From positions 221,960,001-222,024,000 of the forward strand of contig OZ024740.1 in assembly GCA_964016885.1 (NCBI GenBank): a stretch of DNA of 64,000 bases. Direction: 5' to 3'. A program made the position numbers and the translations under genes. Source of the DNA: Eledone cirrhosa (taxonomy: Eukaryota). Position 1 is the first letter of the stretch. Every line of letters starts with the position of its first letter. The notes beneath the pieces were generated by a model, which was not told the origin of the DNA, searched no databases, and saw only the letters and a program-made list of their open reading frames with translations. Shown here in pieces: positions 13,952-32,674 of this stretch.

Positions 13952-15508
13952 CATATAAAAAGGAGAAAACTCATCGTTAGAACAGCCGTTAAAGTAGCCA
14001 AATGCTGTCAATGACAGCGAGGGGAAAAAATGCCTCCGAAGACAGAAACCAGCGACTAGTGGTCGGCAGAGACAATCTACGAGGTGTGTGATAGGCAGGT
14101 GAAATATAGTAAACATTGGAAGACGAAGAGGACAAGGAGAAGAGTGTTGGCACACAGAAATGATTGGAAGAAGGAAATAAAGAAAGGTGATGTAGAAGTG
14201 AAGTTCATAACACCATTTTCACTTGCATCAGCTCTTAAACTTGCAAAATAGTTTCGCACCTTTAATGTGAGTGTACCATTTTAAAATGCTGGATCGTGCA
14301 TCAGAAATATAAATATTTCTGCTAGTATGATGTCTGTGTGATAAAACAAACAACACAAATAGAAGGACGAAAGAAGGCAAAGAAAAGACAATAACGGGAT
14401 AGTGGACCTCAAGATGTGGTGTCTGTCCTAAATATAAAGTTAATCATAGCTATGATAAAGTTGAATGAATAAATATTGATGTTGATGCATCTGATTGAGA
14501 CGAAGCGAGAGTGTATTTGAATTCATATAACAATGAGAAAATGCATCACTAGAACAGCCAACACACTTCTCCTTGTCCTATTAGCCATATTATTAATGAT
14601 ATATTTAAACTCGTCTAAGCACCTGGCAACTATGTTACAGATTTGATCCCTCTTACAATCTGGAGATATACTCAATATTGGGTCTTGAAACATCTTGTTT
14701 CGTGCATGAAAATAAATTATATATATATATATATTTCGTTTCTGAATTTGTTTAGCAAGATTCTTTATCTGAAAACGTGTGTTGAAACCGATATTGTTAT
14801 ACTTTGGGAGAGTCATGTTGCCAATAAGAAACACACGCACCAGTTGCTTTAACTTCTATTTATTATAAATTAAATTTATAAATTTAGGAATTTATAAATT
14901 TTCGGTTGGTTGGTTGGTTCCACAACCAGATGATTGTTCATATATTGTCAAAGTTCTTTCGTCAGACATTATGTGACCTCTTCAGTGAAAGCATCCAGCA
15001 AATAGCTAACTCCATCGACCAGAGTATTAGAGTTACTATAGACTACCCAAGCAAACACCCCAACCATCGATTACCTGTACTAGACACAGAGCTCTGGTTA
15101 GATACCATTAATAACAAAAAATAAATCCTCCATTCCCATTATGCCAAACCCATGACTTCCAAATATCTGATCCACCGAAACTCAGCTGTTTCGGACCATA
15201 CCAAAATCAACATACTGATTGCGGATTTTGTACGGGTGATGAGAAACGTGTCCCGCATGTGCAACCCCAAAGAACTAGAGAGACACATACAACACTTCAT
15301 CCACTGTATGCAGTTCTCTGGTTACAATCAGAGAGATAAAATCAGAGTATATAGAGGAGCCAGAACCCAATGGGAAAAAAATGGTAAATAATGATACAAA
15401 TGGGACCTGTCCTTGTATAGGAGCAAATTTTGGAATAGAATAGAAAGAACTAGGAATAAGGTTAATAGAATAAACTCATGGTATGATAGCAATAAATACT
15501 AGAGTGTA

Positions 15509-16042
15509 ATGTTCATCGATACAACCCCTAGAGGTGAATTAGCTTACAAATTTAGAAGGGCCCTAGATAAACATAAACTCAATATTAAGATAGTAGAAAG
15601 ACCAGGTACCTCCATAAAAACACTTATTAGCAATACGTACCCTTTTCAAAGACCTCCCTGTATAGATAAGAAATGTATAATCTGTAAATTAAGCCCCCAT
15701 ATTAACTGTAAAACTAGAAATGTAGTATATAACATAAGATGTATTGAAGGACAATGTAGAGATAAGAATATAGTGTACATAGGTGAGACAGCTCGTAGTA
15801 TAGGGGAACGGATAAATGAACACTGGCGAGAGCTTCAAGATAGTAAAGAATCATCTGTACTCCACCAACATGCTAAAATAGAACATAAGGGTAAATTAGA
15901 GAACATAGAACTAAAAATAGAATCTACACTCGGAAAAGACGCAATGTTTAGACAAATCACAGAGGCAATAAACATAAATGAACTCCAACCAAAATTAAAT
16001 AGAAAACATGAATGGAACAGCAACATCACAACTTACAATTAA
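15509..16042 (+). pseudogene. GIY-YIG endonuclease domain of a PLE ORF
   Basis: NVVYNIRC...VYIGETARSIGERINEH...LHQH...EAININELQPKLNRKHE; upstream ORF is broken by stops. Confidence 0.9.
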
Positions 16043-16241
16043 GGACAAAATGAAAACACACACACACATAGAACAAACAACCAACCAGTAACATGTAAAT
16101 AAACAAATAAATAAACAAATATAAACACACACAGACACCCGGATGTAACACATGCGCAAACTAAGCACACAACACACACAAAAACAAGATGGCATAGGAC
16201 AGAACAAAGGAGAGGCACAAAAACAAAGAAAAGAATCCCCA

Positions 16242-16285
16242 GGCACTGAAGAGGTCACAGAATGTGTGACGAAAGAACTTTGACA
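16242..16285 (+). ncRNA. Hammerhead ribozyme motif in pLTR
   Basis: CUGAAGA-g-GUCACA-gaaug-UGUGAC-GAAAG-aa-CUU; mirrored copy on the minus strand at ~14945-14987. Confidence 0.75.
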
Positions 16286-16365
16286 ATATGTGAACAATCA
16301 TCTGGTTGTGGAACCAACCACCCAACCGGAAATTTATAAATTCCTAAATTTATAAATTTAATTTA

Positions 16366-16980
16366 ATCGGTGGTAGAAAAGCCAGGAACTACCATAAAAT
16401 CCCTGATCAGCAAAACATACCCTTTTAAGAAAACCCACTGTATTAATAGAAAATGTATTATATGTAAAGTAAACCCCCAGATAAACTGTAAAAAGGAAAC
16501 GTAGTCTATAGCATGAGATGTACAGAGGGTACTGGCAGAAACATGACAACAACATACATAGGCTAGACAGCTCGTAGCATAGGTGAAAGGATAGATCAAC
16601 ACTGGAGGGAACTAAAAGGACGAAAAAACGGTTCAGTACTATACGAACACGTCAGACAACAACATGACGGTAACATAGACAACATAGAATTTAAAATGAC
16701 CCAGCAGATAGGCAAATCAGAGAGGCAAGTGAAATAGAACTTAAAGGGCCAAAGCTAAACAGAAAAAATGGATGGAATAACAACACCCAAACAAACAATA
16801 CTCACCTAAGAGAAATGTAAATATATAATAATTATATACACAAGCACAATAACAACAAACACATATAAACACACACTAGTAAACTAAGATAGAATACAAT
16901 AACCAAAGTACAGTCATCCAAACGCGACCACACACCAAACACTATACACACACGCAAGCGCATGCGCAGAGAAGACATAA

Positions 16981-17011
<31 letters not shown>

Positions 17012-17115
17012 ACAGAATAAATAAAGATGGCGTAGATATACAATACAACAAGAGGAACATAATAATAACACCCATGACGATGCTGCAGATGTGCAACGAA
17101 AGAACTTTGTTAGAT
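16366..17115 (+). mobile_element. Older diverged PLE copy (endonuclease plus 3' UTR) related to 14866-16362
   Basis: VEKPGTTIKSLISKTYPFKKTHCINRKCIICK aligns with VERPGTSIKTLISNTYPFQRPPCIDKKCIICK; degenerate HHR (aUGACGA..GAAAGAACUUU) at ~17072-17108. Confidence 0.85.
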
Positions 17116-17352
17116 TATATATATGTGTTTATGTCTATATTATATCTGTATTTTTTACCGTTGGTCAGTCAATGGTAAACATTGAGGACCGAATAAATTA
17201 ACTGATATAAAAGATACAGAAGCGAAAACCAACCAAACAGTGAGTGTGTTCTGTTATTAATTCTGGGAATATTATTACAACATTATGACCCTCCCCAAGT
17301 ATGACAATATTTGTTTCGACACACGATCTCATATCAAAAACCTGGCAAAACA

Positions 17353-20810
<3,458 letters not shown>

Positions 20811-20939
20811 ATATATATATATATATATATATAGATAAATCTACCAAAAGTTTACGGTGGTGTCCAATTCAAAACCTGTTCCCAAACAGACCTATTGTAT
20901 TGAATCTTTGTTCTTATCAATAAACAAATATCATTTTGG

Positions 20940-21115
20940 CAGTATCGGTAGAGAGTCGGACGCCATGCTTTCCACCATAGTTACGTCCCTTTACGATCTG
21001 AGTTCAAATCCCGCCGAGGTTGACTTTGCCTTTCATCCTTACAGGGTCGATAAAATAAAGTACCAGTAATACACTGGGTAATTGCTGGCCTTGTGCCTAA
21101 AGTAGAAACAATTAT
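20940..21115 (+). mobile_element. tRNA-derived SINE (octopus-type)
   Basis: gagttcaaatcc B box plus gactttgcctttcatccttac.gggtcgataaaataaagtaccag; partial copies at 30880-30965(-), 47520-47580 and 49215-49322. Confidence 0.8.
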
Positions 21116-21584
21116 TTCTGAAGAGAGCATATATATGTGTAGGTATGTATATTCCTTCTGATAGTTTGTATAAATATTGTACATAGATCTATAGAATATG
21201 CATACCAACTCTAACACATATATATCCTAGAAACGATCGTAAAATGATGAATTTTTTTTAATATAAGGAACTGTTTCTTTGTTTATTCATTATTTTTTTA
21301 ATAATTTATATATATATATATATATATAGCGCGACGAGCCAAAATGACAGCAGGCCTTTGAGTGATACACAATAAAGGCACATTTTCTTCTTCGCTGTTT
21401 TTTCTTTACTTCTTTCCACTAAGACTCTTGGGATGTGTTTACCATCATTCCTTTAGTATACAACTATTATCCTGTATGAACCTGACGATGTCACCAGGCT
21501 CATACGCAACCTGGCCATTGAAAAGTGCATAGTGATTGTAGAAATAAATAATTAAGGGAATTCAACCTGTCCGGCCTCCACCCT

Positions 21585-22947
<1,363 letters not shown>

Positions 22948-22949
22948 GC

Positions 22950-23035
<86 letters not shown>

Positions 23036-23039
23036 CCAG

Positions 23040-23215
23040 CGATTCTTCGGACCGTTAAGTTGTGATTTCCATGGGTATGTCATTATTTATAAAACAAATT
23101 TTGTATTTTATCTGATGAGAGCGCACCAAGATTTGCTTGGTCCCCTTTGAAATATATATAATAAAATAAATATGGTTTTATAAATATAGTTTCCATTTAT
23201 TATCATCTTGGTATA
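23040..23215 (+). mobile_element. Solo PLE tail with HHR (core 23113-23160)
   Basis: CUGAUGA..ACCAAG/CUUGGU..GAAAUAUAUAUA; same family as 24343-24478, 25196-25295 and 25925-26245. Confidence 0.75.
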
Positions 23216-23568
23216 TATATATATAGTATAACTAAATTCAGTGCAAACAGTATGTTATGGAGGAGTATGTTTTATATATAATAAAATGATAAAACATCAA
23301 AATAAATACTTACATTATTTGTTTTCGTTTTCCGAGAGATTTAGAATTGTGTATATTTCTAAAGTAATTGTGACTGGACAGATAAATGGTGTGTGCTCTA
23401 GGTATACATCTCTATATATAACGTCTCGTAGGTAATTGAACTGGCTGAAATTTACTGAAGCATACGAGAAGTTAATTTCTGGAAGCATTTGTCCAGTATC
23501 AGAAGAGTTTGATACATTTGAAGCATATACCCACATATACGTACACATACACACATCTTGTATATATA

Positions 23569-23674
<106 letters not shown>

Positions 23675-23689
23675 AGAGTATATATATAT

Positions 23690-23712
23690 ATGTGGTTTTT
23701 CTTACATCTGTA

Positions 23713-23750
<38 letters not shown>

Positions 23751-24155
23751 CAGATGTAAGAAAAACCACAGACCCTCCATCTCAACAATACTTTTGAAAA
23801 GCAGAAGAACTGCGAAACCGGTAAAGGAACCAAATAAATATATATATTTAAGTCGTTTGGAAGCCTCGACAATGCAAATGGGTAAATCTCCGGGTAACAA
23901 GATCCGGTGGTGGAGAGAGATGTAAGTGGGTGTACGTTGAGATGCGTGGTGTGTATGAGATGTGTAGAAGAATGAAGGAAAGAGTATAAAGGATAAAATA
24001 AAAATAACAACACGAGAGAGAGTTACCTTGGGAGAGATTTAATAGTCCCATATATTTCGGATTCACATCCATCAACTGGGGGTTTTTCCGGGGTGGGGGA
24101 AAAGTTGTCTGTCGGACAGGTGCGAAACGCGTCATCCGCTGTTTGTTGTTTTGAA
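23690..24155. mobile_element. Chain of non-coding repeat modules with HHR-like motifs
   Basis: 23751-23850 matches 34420-34508(-) and 47205-47292(-); 23850-24155 matches 54220-54525. Confidence 0.75.
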
Positions 24156-24210
24156 TATATATTTTTTTAAAAATAAGACTCCAATTGCTTTTTCGATTTC
24201 ATATTCTTTT

Positions 24211-24256
<46 letters not shown>

Positions 24257-24480
24257 AAAGTTATATTTAAATTGTTGGGTTAAAACTAGTAAATATTTAT
24301 AACTGATATAAAAGCACTCAACAAGTATTTGGAGTATATTTACGATATTAAATAAATGGAAACTATATTTATAAAACCATATTTATTTCATTATATATAT
24401 TTCAGGGATATCATATTAACAATATGCTATGCCTTCCTCAGACAAAATACAATATAGACAGTTTTATAGATAAATAGATA

Positions 24481-24494
24481 TGTGTGTGTGAGAG

Positions 24495-24526
<32 letters not shown>

Positions 24527-24661
24527 TATATATATATATATACGGATGTAAGAAAAACCACAGACCCACAATCTCAACAATAATTTTGAGTAACCACTTC
24601 TATCTAACTCGTCCCTTGGACTGAGTGCTCTACCACTACGGATATTACCTTCCAGTGTTCC

Positions 24662-24702
<41 letters not shown>

Positions 24703-24827
24703 CAGGTCTAGAAATGTTTCATTCGTTTGAAATCATCTGGAATGTCAAATCACTTCGGTCACGTTCAGTATTTATATAGTTCTTCGAGTTAGAGAAAGAG
24801 AAGAATGAGAATAGGAGGGTATATATA

Positions 24828-24916
<89 letters not shown>

Positions 24917-25293
24917 GATATTAAATAAATGGAAACTATATTTATAAAACCATATTTATTTCATTATATATATTTCAGGGATATCATATTAACAATATGC
25001 TATGCCTTCCTCAGACAAAATACAATATAGACAGTTTTATAGATAAATAGATTTGACATACCGTTCAACATCGACTTGTATTTGAAAAGTTGATTTGGCA
25101 AAGTTGATCTGCCAAATCAACTTTTCAAATACAAGTCGATGTTGAACGGTATGTCAAATCTATTTATCTATAAAGCTGTCTATATTGTATTTTGTCTGAG
25201 GAAGGCATAGCATATTGTTAATATGATATCCCTGAAATATATATAATGAAATAAATATGGTTTTATAAATATAGTTTCCATTTATTTAATATC

Positions 25294-25336
<43 letters not shown>

Positions 25337-25461
25337 TATATATACCCTCCTATTCTCATTCTTCTCTTTCTCTAACTCGAAGAACTATATAAATACTGAA
25401 CGTGACCGAAGTGATTTGACATTCCAGATGATTTCAAACGAATGAAACATTTCTAGACCTG

Positions 25462-25534
<73 letters not shown>

Positions 25535-25669
25535 GGAACACTGGAAGGTAATATCCGTAGTGGTAGAGCACTCAGTCCAAGGGACGAGTTAGATAGAAGT
25601 GATTACTCAAAATTATTGTTGAGATTGTGGGTCTGTGGTTTTTCTTACATCCGTATATATATATATATA

Positions 25670-25710
<41 letters not shown>

Positions 25711-25724
25711 TCTCACACACACAC

Positions 25725-25726
<2 letters not shown>
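24481..25726. repeat. ~1.25-kb near-perfect palindrome of three repeat modules separated by (TA)n
   Basis: Centre gatttggca-aagttgatc-tgccaaatc at ~25105; arms differ only in TA length and a few substitutions. Confidence 0.95.
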
Positions 25727-25791
<65 letters not shown>

Positions 25792-25865
25792 CGTGTATAT
25801 GTATATATATGCACCATACCGACAACAATTGTTTCACCTTCGCGGATCTTCAGCTCGGGATGTAC

Positions 25866-25898
<33 letters not shown>

Positions 25899-25924
25899 CG
25901 TGTGTATATATATATCAATGACAT

Positions 25925-26245
25925 TAATAAATTGAAACTATAGTTATAAAACCATATTTATTCTATTATATATATTTCAAGGGTATCAAATCTTTGGTAC
26001 GCACTCATCAGATAAAATACAAAGTTTGTTTTATAAATATTGACATACCCAGGAATCTGACCTTAACGGCTGAAGTTCAGTCTGGACTTGAAGCGTTAAG
26101 AACTCCTTCCTGGGTATGTCACTATTTATAAAACAAAGTTTATATTTTATCGGATGAGAGCGTACTAAAGATTTGGTACCCTTGAAATATATATAATAGA
26201 ATAAATATGGTTTTATAACTATAGTTTCCTAGTTTCCATGTATTA
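25925..26245. repeat. Inverted pair of HHR-bearing PLE tails (~130-bp arms)
   Basis: 25925-26055 is the reverse complement of 26107-26240; the minus copy has an intact CUGAUGA...GAAAUAUA core. Confidence 0.88.
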
Positions 26246-26261
26246 ATATCATATATATATA

Positions 26262-26332
<71 letters not shown>

Positions 26333-26456
26333 AAAGTTAAGATAAATTAAATGAATTTAATCTAAATCAAAGTTATGGGTGTCATGCCAGAGCGACATGC
26401 GCCATATTACCCGGAAAATAAGCTCAAAGATTCTATCGAGTAGGTCCGAGCATTTT

Positions 26457-26857
26457 ATAATAACTAGAAATTGATTAACATATATATAAACATAAATAAT
26501 CACAGGAGATAATTTTACAAGTGTGTAACCACACATAGCTAGGTAGGTAACTAAATAAAGTTGACTAGAACTTCAACAATAGATACCTTATAATATGATT
26601 AATCTTCCCTGTATATATTCCATTAAAGAAATATATTTCACCAATTAATCAGATGGTAAATCACCATCTGATTAATTGGTGAAATATATTTCTTTAATGG
26701 AATATATACAGGGAAGATTAATCATATTATAAGGTATCTATTTTTGAAGTTCTGGTCAACTTGATTTAGTTACCTACCTAGCTATGTGTGGTTACACACT
26801 TGTAAAATTATCTCCTGTGATTATTCATGTTTATATATATGTTAATCAATTTCTAGT

Positions 26858-26863
<6 letters not shown>
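26457..26863. repeat. ~400-bp palindrome with 5-nt loop
   Basis: Centre aatcagatggt-aaatc-accatctgatt at ~26660; the left arm continues as a unique tail to (TA)n at 26330. Confidence 0.93.
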
Positions 26864-26925
<62 letters not shown>

Positions 26926-27796
26926 GAGATGAGCGGAACAAGCAAACATTAAACAAACTTTTAAGTAAATTAAATACGATTTAAATATTCACCTGTCCAA
27001 AATGGTATTACCGACGATTTCGCTTGACAAATGATTGGAAATCTATAGAATTTCCAACGGAAAGATCTGCTCTTTAGATAGCTATTTGCATTCTATAGGA
27101 CGTGAAGTCTCACAGTTTGTAAATATATCGCCTACTGCCAGATAGTATGAGGTCAGGCCGTTAAAGTGACCCACACATAAACTGGCCGTTAGTAAAAGCG
27201 GGAATATTATAGACGTGTTGTTTGCCACGCCACTAAAAATAGCAGCAAGGTACAACACTTTCTTCTCTACACATGGGAAAATATACATTAAATGAGATTA
27301 ATATCCCCACAGGTACTAAGAACCCACGGAAATATATAGGGTGTCTATAATACATTTGTTGTACAATGGTATTAATTTGAGATACCAGAACTATAAAATT
27401 AAGATGAGATATATATATATATTAGCTCGCAATGCGGACCTTTCCATCCGAGGGTGGCACTCTACCGTTGCGGACGCGATTCCTTTCAGCTTACGTAATA
27501 TACTAACATTACCTAACTTTTGTTCGTGGTGATTTCATTCGGACAAACGCCGGCAGATCGGGATTGTAGAAACTGGTGCATTGGTCCGAGTAACTCCAAT
27601 TTCCTACTCACATGAATCTGTTGTCCTCCCTGATTAACGTATACGTGTACAATCTAATTGTTGGGTTTGAAACTTCATCAAATTATTGAGTGAGTGAGAA
27701 CACGACCGAAGCTCTGTTAATTCTATTCAATAAGCTTCGTTTCAGAATTATATATATATATGTGTGTGTGTATGTGTGTGTGTGAATGCGTCCGTG

Positions 27797-27839
<43 letters not shown>

Positions 27840-30811
27840 TACATAATTATATGCTCTTACGATTTTAAGATTTGCGCTTAAAAGCACGATTTAGATTGTC
27901 GTCCCTAGGCGTGAATTGAAGGTGATTTAATAAACTATATTTTCTTTAAATATATGGACGCATGCCAATATAAACCTTATTATTCTGTTCTTGGCGACAG
28001 TAGTCTTTCAGAAACAGAAATTCTGATTTTCTAAGAGAAAACATGTAACGCCTGAAATTGCCTTATATTCATCCAACCTATGGATGAGAACAATTCAATT
28101 GACTCCCCATACACTTATAAGTATGTGATATTGTTCTAATATAAGAAATCCTTATTTGATCTATGGAGATGATTAGAGTGGACAGTATTGGATTATATCC
28201 GCAAGAGATTATATTTTCATCGATTTGGGTTTCGATATCAAATCATGTCAATGTCGAGTTTGTATTTCATATTTCCGTGGTTAATGAAATAACATAAAAA
28301 AATAATGAATTAGCTTAAATAGAATATGGATCTTACTAACTAAAAACTAACCGTGTCCATACACATTATTTAGATTTCGTATGAACATGGATTCCAAGGT
28401 TATAGCTGCAGTAATGGAAACTCTAGTGATTTCAAATATAGAAGTTCTAAACGAAAGTTGTAACTCAGCAACCGGAAAGAAGGCGAAACAGTTGCCAATA
28501 ATTGAGTAATCGTTTCGACAAATTTAAAGTGGTATAGTATGATTATTTGTAAAAAAGTTTCATAAAATAGTATTCTAATATAGAATTATATTCCGTTGAG
28601 ATTTATTGAAAAATAGATATAAAAAATAAGTATTATGACAGTAATTATTAAGAAAGCATAAAAAATGTCTACAATATTTGTTATTAGAAACACGAGAGGT
28701 TAATATTATGTTGGAAAATAAACGAGTAATAAGGAAGGAAGAATAAGATAAAAAAGAAAAGAAACAGTAGTTTATACATTCACAATATATTTAAGGATAT
28801 TTCAGGCTTAGGACCCGTTTCTTAAAATGAAAATGTTCAACCTGCTCTCACCATCATATTTTCCTTCTTTTGAATGAGGGTCACGAAATACAAGGTAAAA
28901 CGTGTACACTGTTTTGTTTGTCTTACCGTACCCTTGGTTGCGCCTTTTTATTTCTACCTTACAGTTTTTTGGCTTTCCCAAACCAATCCAGCCTATTCCA
29001 CAATGAGCCTTAAAAATAAAATATTTCATCAATGCTAGTTCTTACTTTCTTATTTTCTTACTTTCGTCGATTTGTAATAGTTATGCTTAAATGATAAATT
29101 GAATTACATAGAAATAAATTTCAGAAAGAATCAGAAACCATCAGCGACGTCAGTTTACCAGTTTTGTTGTAAGTATTAATTATTCTCTTTGCATCCATCA
29201 TTGTTAAAACAACAATAAGTTCATATCACTTGAATAAGAAGCATGTGACAATATAAACGAAAGGAACTATACATTAGATCATATCATATTGTATCTCGTA
29301 TTTATGTCTATGCTACACACTTTATATGTATTAGTATAATAAGAAATTATGACCATATTACATGACAACTGTTTGAACTGCGAAGCAGATAACCACAGAG
29401 TGCCAAACTAAAATATCTTCAAGCTTCGACCTTCTACATTTAAATTTTAAATGCCGCCATAGAATAATTTACCTTTCATTTATCCGGGGGTTAAGAGAAT
29501 AACTTCCATTAACACACTTGACTAGGATTCAATAGAAAGTACTTTCATGCGTTAAAAACAGATGAAATCTATATTAATGTAAGACTATCTGGTTTGTGAG
29601 TTTAAACCCATTGGGATAAAATAATCGTCACATTCATTCGAAGAAATAACTGCTAATTATGAACTGAAGTCCGGTAAGGGTGGCTATAAAATTTACATTC
29701 AGGTTCATAGATTTGCGTGAATGCAAAATTCTATTTAAAAACTCCTTTCCATGAAAATCACAGCAATGAAATAAATTGTAGCTTAAATTATATTTCTAGA
29801 GAGGTTTCTTATCAGTAGAAGAAGGTACAAGTTTAAATCTATATTATAGAAATAATAGTAATAACAGAATCCTTATTGATTTACTATCATTTCCTTGGTG
29901 ATGGCATATTCTTTTGTTGAAATATTGATAGCGTTTAAAGAGTGAGGACATTAAAGACGATCAATAGTGAATTTTATTAAAGACAGCCGGAAGGAAATAT
30001 CCCTTAAGGAAAGTATATCCATAGCAATTGATCGGGCGTTCATGCTTACAGCAGTTAGAATTCATTTGCATTTCTAAGTCATAAACTAATACAAACACAG
30101 AATCGACGTTCGAGGTTTTCTAATGTTGATAGAAATCTTTCCAGCAATGTGGCGTTAAAACAGATAGTTTATCAACCGAATGATGTCATGCTGAAAATGT
30201 TCTTATTTCGAACAAGAATTGATTAGAAATACATCTCTCTGTATAACTTCTTTTATTCTTTTACTGGTTGCAGTTATTAGACGGCGCCCATGCTGGGTCA
30301 CTGCCTTGAATAGATTTAGTCGATTATATTGATCCAAGTACTATCCTTTTAAGTGTAATGCTTATTTTATAGATCTCTATAAATAAATCAGACACACTGG
30401 GAACATTTGAAATTCAAAATGTATACGGCCCAAAGTAAATCTCTTAAATCAACCGGATGTTTACACTTTTATCTACAGGTTTAAGCTAATCTAAATGACG
30501 GCAATCAATGGTTAGGGACACATAATGATAGTCGACCGGCAACCGAGAGATGCAGCATTCGATATTTCGTAGGTGTCTTTGTTCACAATTGTCCGTCTCC
30601 AGAGGATACCCAAACATTTCAATTATGATAGTCATCTGCATTGGTAGTAATATGTTTGAAATTTCAAATTTTCCCAATTTTTCTTATTCAACTGGATATA
30701 TTTTTATATACATGCAGAAATACATACATACACAAGCATACATTCATACATACATACATGCATACATTCATACATACATTCATACATATATACATACATA
30801 TATACATACAT

Positions 30812-31485
30812 GATGGCTGCCCCCTCGTTATCGAGTATGGCCATTGCACGATATAACATTATTAATAATTATTAATTAATTGTTTCTACTTTAGGCACAA
30901 GGCCATCAATTACCCAGTTCATTACTGGTACTTTATTTTATCGACCCCGTAAGGATGAAAGGCAATCGTGCAATGCCTGACCGTGAAGATTTTTTTTAAA
31001 GTGAGGAAAGACTGTGCACTGAGCCAATCCCACTCTCTGAGTGACAGTAGCTATAACCCGAAAAGAAGAAAAAATCAACATCATCGGTAACTAATAAGCC
31101 ACAGGTTTTATGTCGGAGTTATCACAGTTTCCTGAGTTGCCTTCTAGAAGAATGCCCTGACAAAGGTGAGGGGACCTTCAGTCCCAGTGATTTAACTGCA
31201 CGATTGGGTATCCAACCCGATTATTTCTATGTCCCCGTACATATATATATATATATATACATATGTATACTTGCATATACATATACACACATGCATATAG
31301 GTATATACATAATTACACATTTTCGGATGGCCGTTGACTGTTATGAGTCCTTCCATCCTTTTTCAGGTTTTGTTTTTTATCCTGCAGGGTGTCCAAAATC
31401 ACCCTCCTCACCAATTAAACTTGGTGGGGTTGCCAGTTTAGTCGCCGACAAGCCGACCATACGACGGGTTGTACTGGTACTAGGT
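30812..31485 (+). mobile_element. Dispersed repeat (unclassified SINE or LINE UTR), interrupted by a SINE fragment and a microsatellite
   Basis: Shares tggctgcc..ctcgtt.tcgagta.ggcca and cctgcagg.tgtccaaa.tcaccctcctcacca...cttggtggggttgccagtttagtc with 45880-46455. Confidence 0.65.
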
Positions 31486-32239
31486 TACATGTTACCACTA
31501 GCACTCGAAAGTGACCCGACATACATACATAAATACATACATACATACACACATACATAAATACATACACAAACGATGACAGCCACCTCACGCTCGAATA
31601 TAGCCATCATTCGAATTTTCAAACACATTTCACGGCGTACTTTCGCCATGCTAAGCTCTGCCTCGTTCGCTCTGGCGGCGAACATTCGTTCTCGGTGTTC
31701 TTTGCACACACAAAGCCCTGCTTCGCTCTCTCTGGCGCCGACTGAGTCATTTGGATACGCTAGGCCAAGCCTCGTTCGTTCCCAGTATCTTTCTGCTGGA
31801 TATAAGCAAGCGAGTTGCGGCTAAAGATGATTAATGTTAAGCCCAATGTGTTGCAATTGTTGCGTCCCACCAGACACAGAGGTCGCATTGATGATATTCG
31901 AAGTTTCTACCTTTTACATTACTTTTAATAAAGTATTTTGCAAATAGTGTTCATTTATATTGATTTTTAATAGTTAAAAAATTGGTAACGGTTTGTTACT
32001 GGTTCGTAAACTGACTTTTTATAACTGTTATAGGTTTCATATTTGTTAGATTCTAGATTCTATGCTTGAATGCTCGTTTCACTTATGATTTTAATGAAAC
32101 TGTGAATTCTCTCCTACACCTTTCTCTCTCTTTCCCTCTGTCCATTACTCTCTCTGTCTCACCCTCTCTTTACACACACACACATACATACACACACATA
32201 TATATTTGTATGTAAATGTAGCTAACTATATATATGTAG

Positions 32240-32405
32240 GTAAACAGAAATAACAACACAATCGGTACAATATATGGAAGGGATATATTAGATCAACGCT
32301 CGACATAGCAGGAAGAGGGTCTTAACGTTTCGGACGCTAGTGCTGCATCAGAAGAAAGATTGCGAAACAAGATAGATTGAGGGGACGGGTGGGTTGGAAT
32401 TGGAA
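32240..32405 (-). mobile_element. Solo Neptune-like PLE tail with degenerate HHR
   Basis: Reverse complement ctttcttctgatgcagcactagcgtccgaaacgttaagaccctcttcc matches 6132-6180; another relative at ~46615-46760(-). Confidence 0.7.
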
Positions 32406-32461
<56 letters not shown>

Positions 32462-32578
32462 TGTAGTAAAAGTCTGTTAGAAATATCTAAGTGTAAGAGC
32501 TCTCAGTCCATAGGACTGAATGAGTTGGGAAGCATAACCGAACGAAACCTAAGTACCTGTATATGTCACTGTTGTAAC

Positions 32579-32674
<96 letters not shown>

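Larger units (their letters stand above)
14866..16362 (+). mobile_element. 5'-truncated Penelope-like element (RT thumb plus GIY-YIG) with inverted pLTR at its 5' end
   Basis: DYPSKH..LPVLD, YAKPM, SGY, C..C..C, NVVY..YIGETAR..R..EH, EA..I...PKLN; 14866-14987 is the reverse complement of ~16244-16362. Confidence 0.92.

Noticed and set aside
14077-14259. Minus-strand ORF with a hydrophobic, GPI-signal-like C-terminus
   Set aside because: Weak splice acceptor, and the hydrophobicity follows from CT-rich composition; no homology recognised.
20990-21015. tRNA gene (B-box gagttcaaatcc)
   Set aside because: No cloverleaf; it is the head of a multi-copy SINE.
24481-25726. Palindromes as pure assembly or amplification chimeras
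   Set aside because: Arms carry substitutions and different TA lengths, and fold-backs consistently coincide with PLE ends and one-sided tails. Considered unlikely but not excluded without reads.
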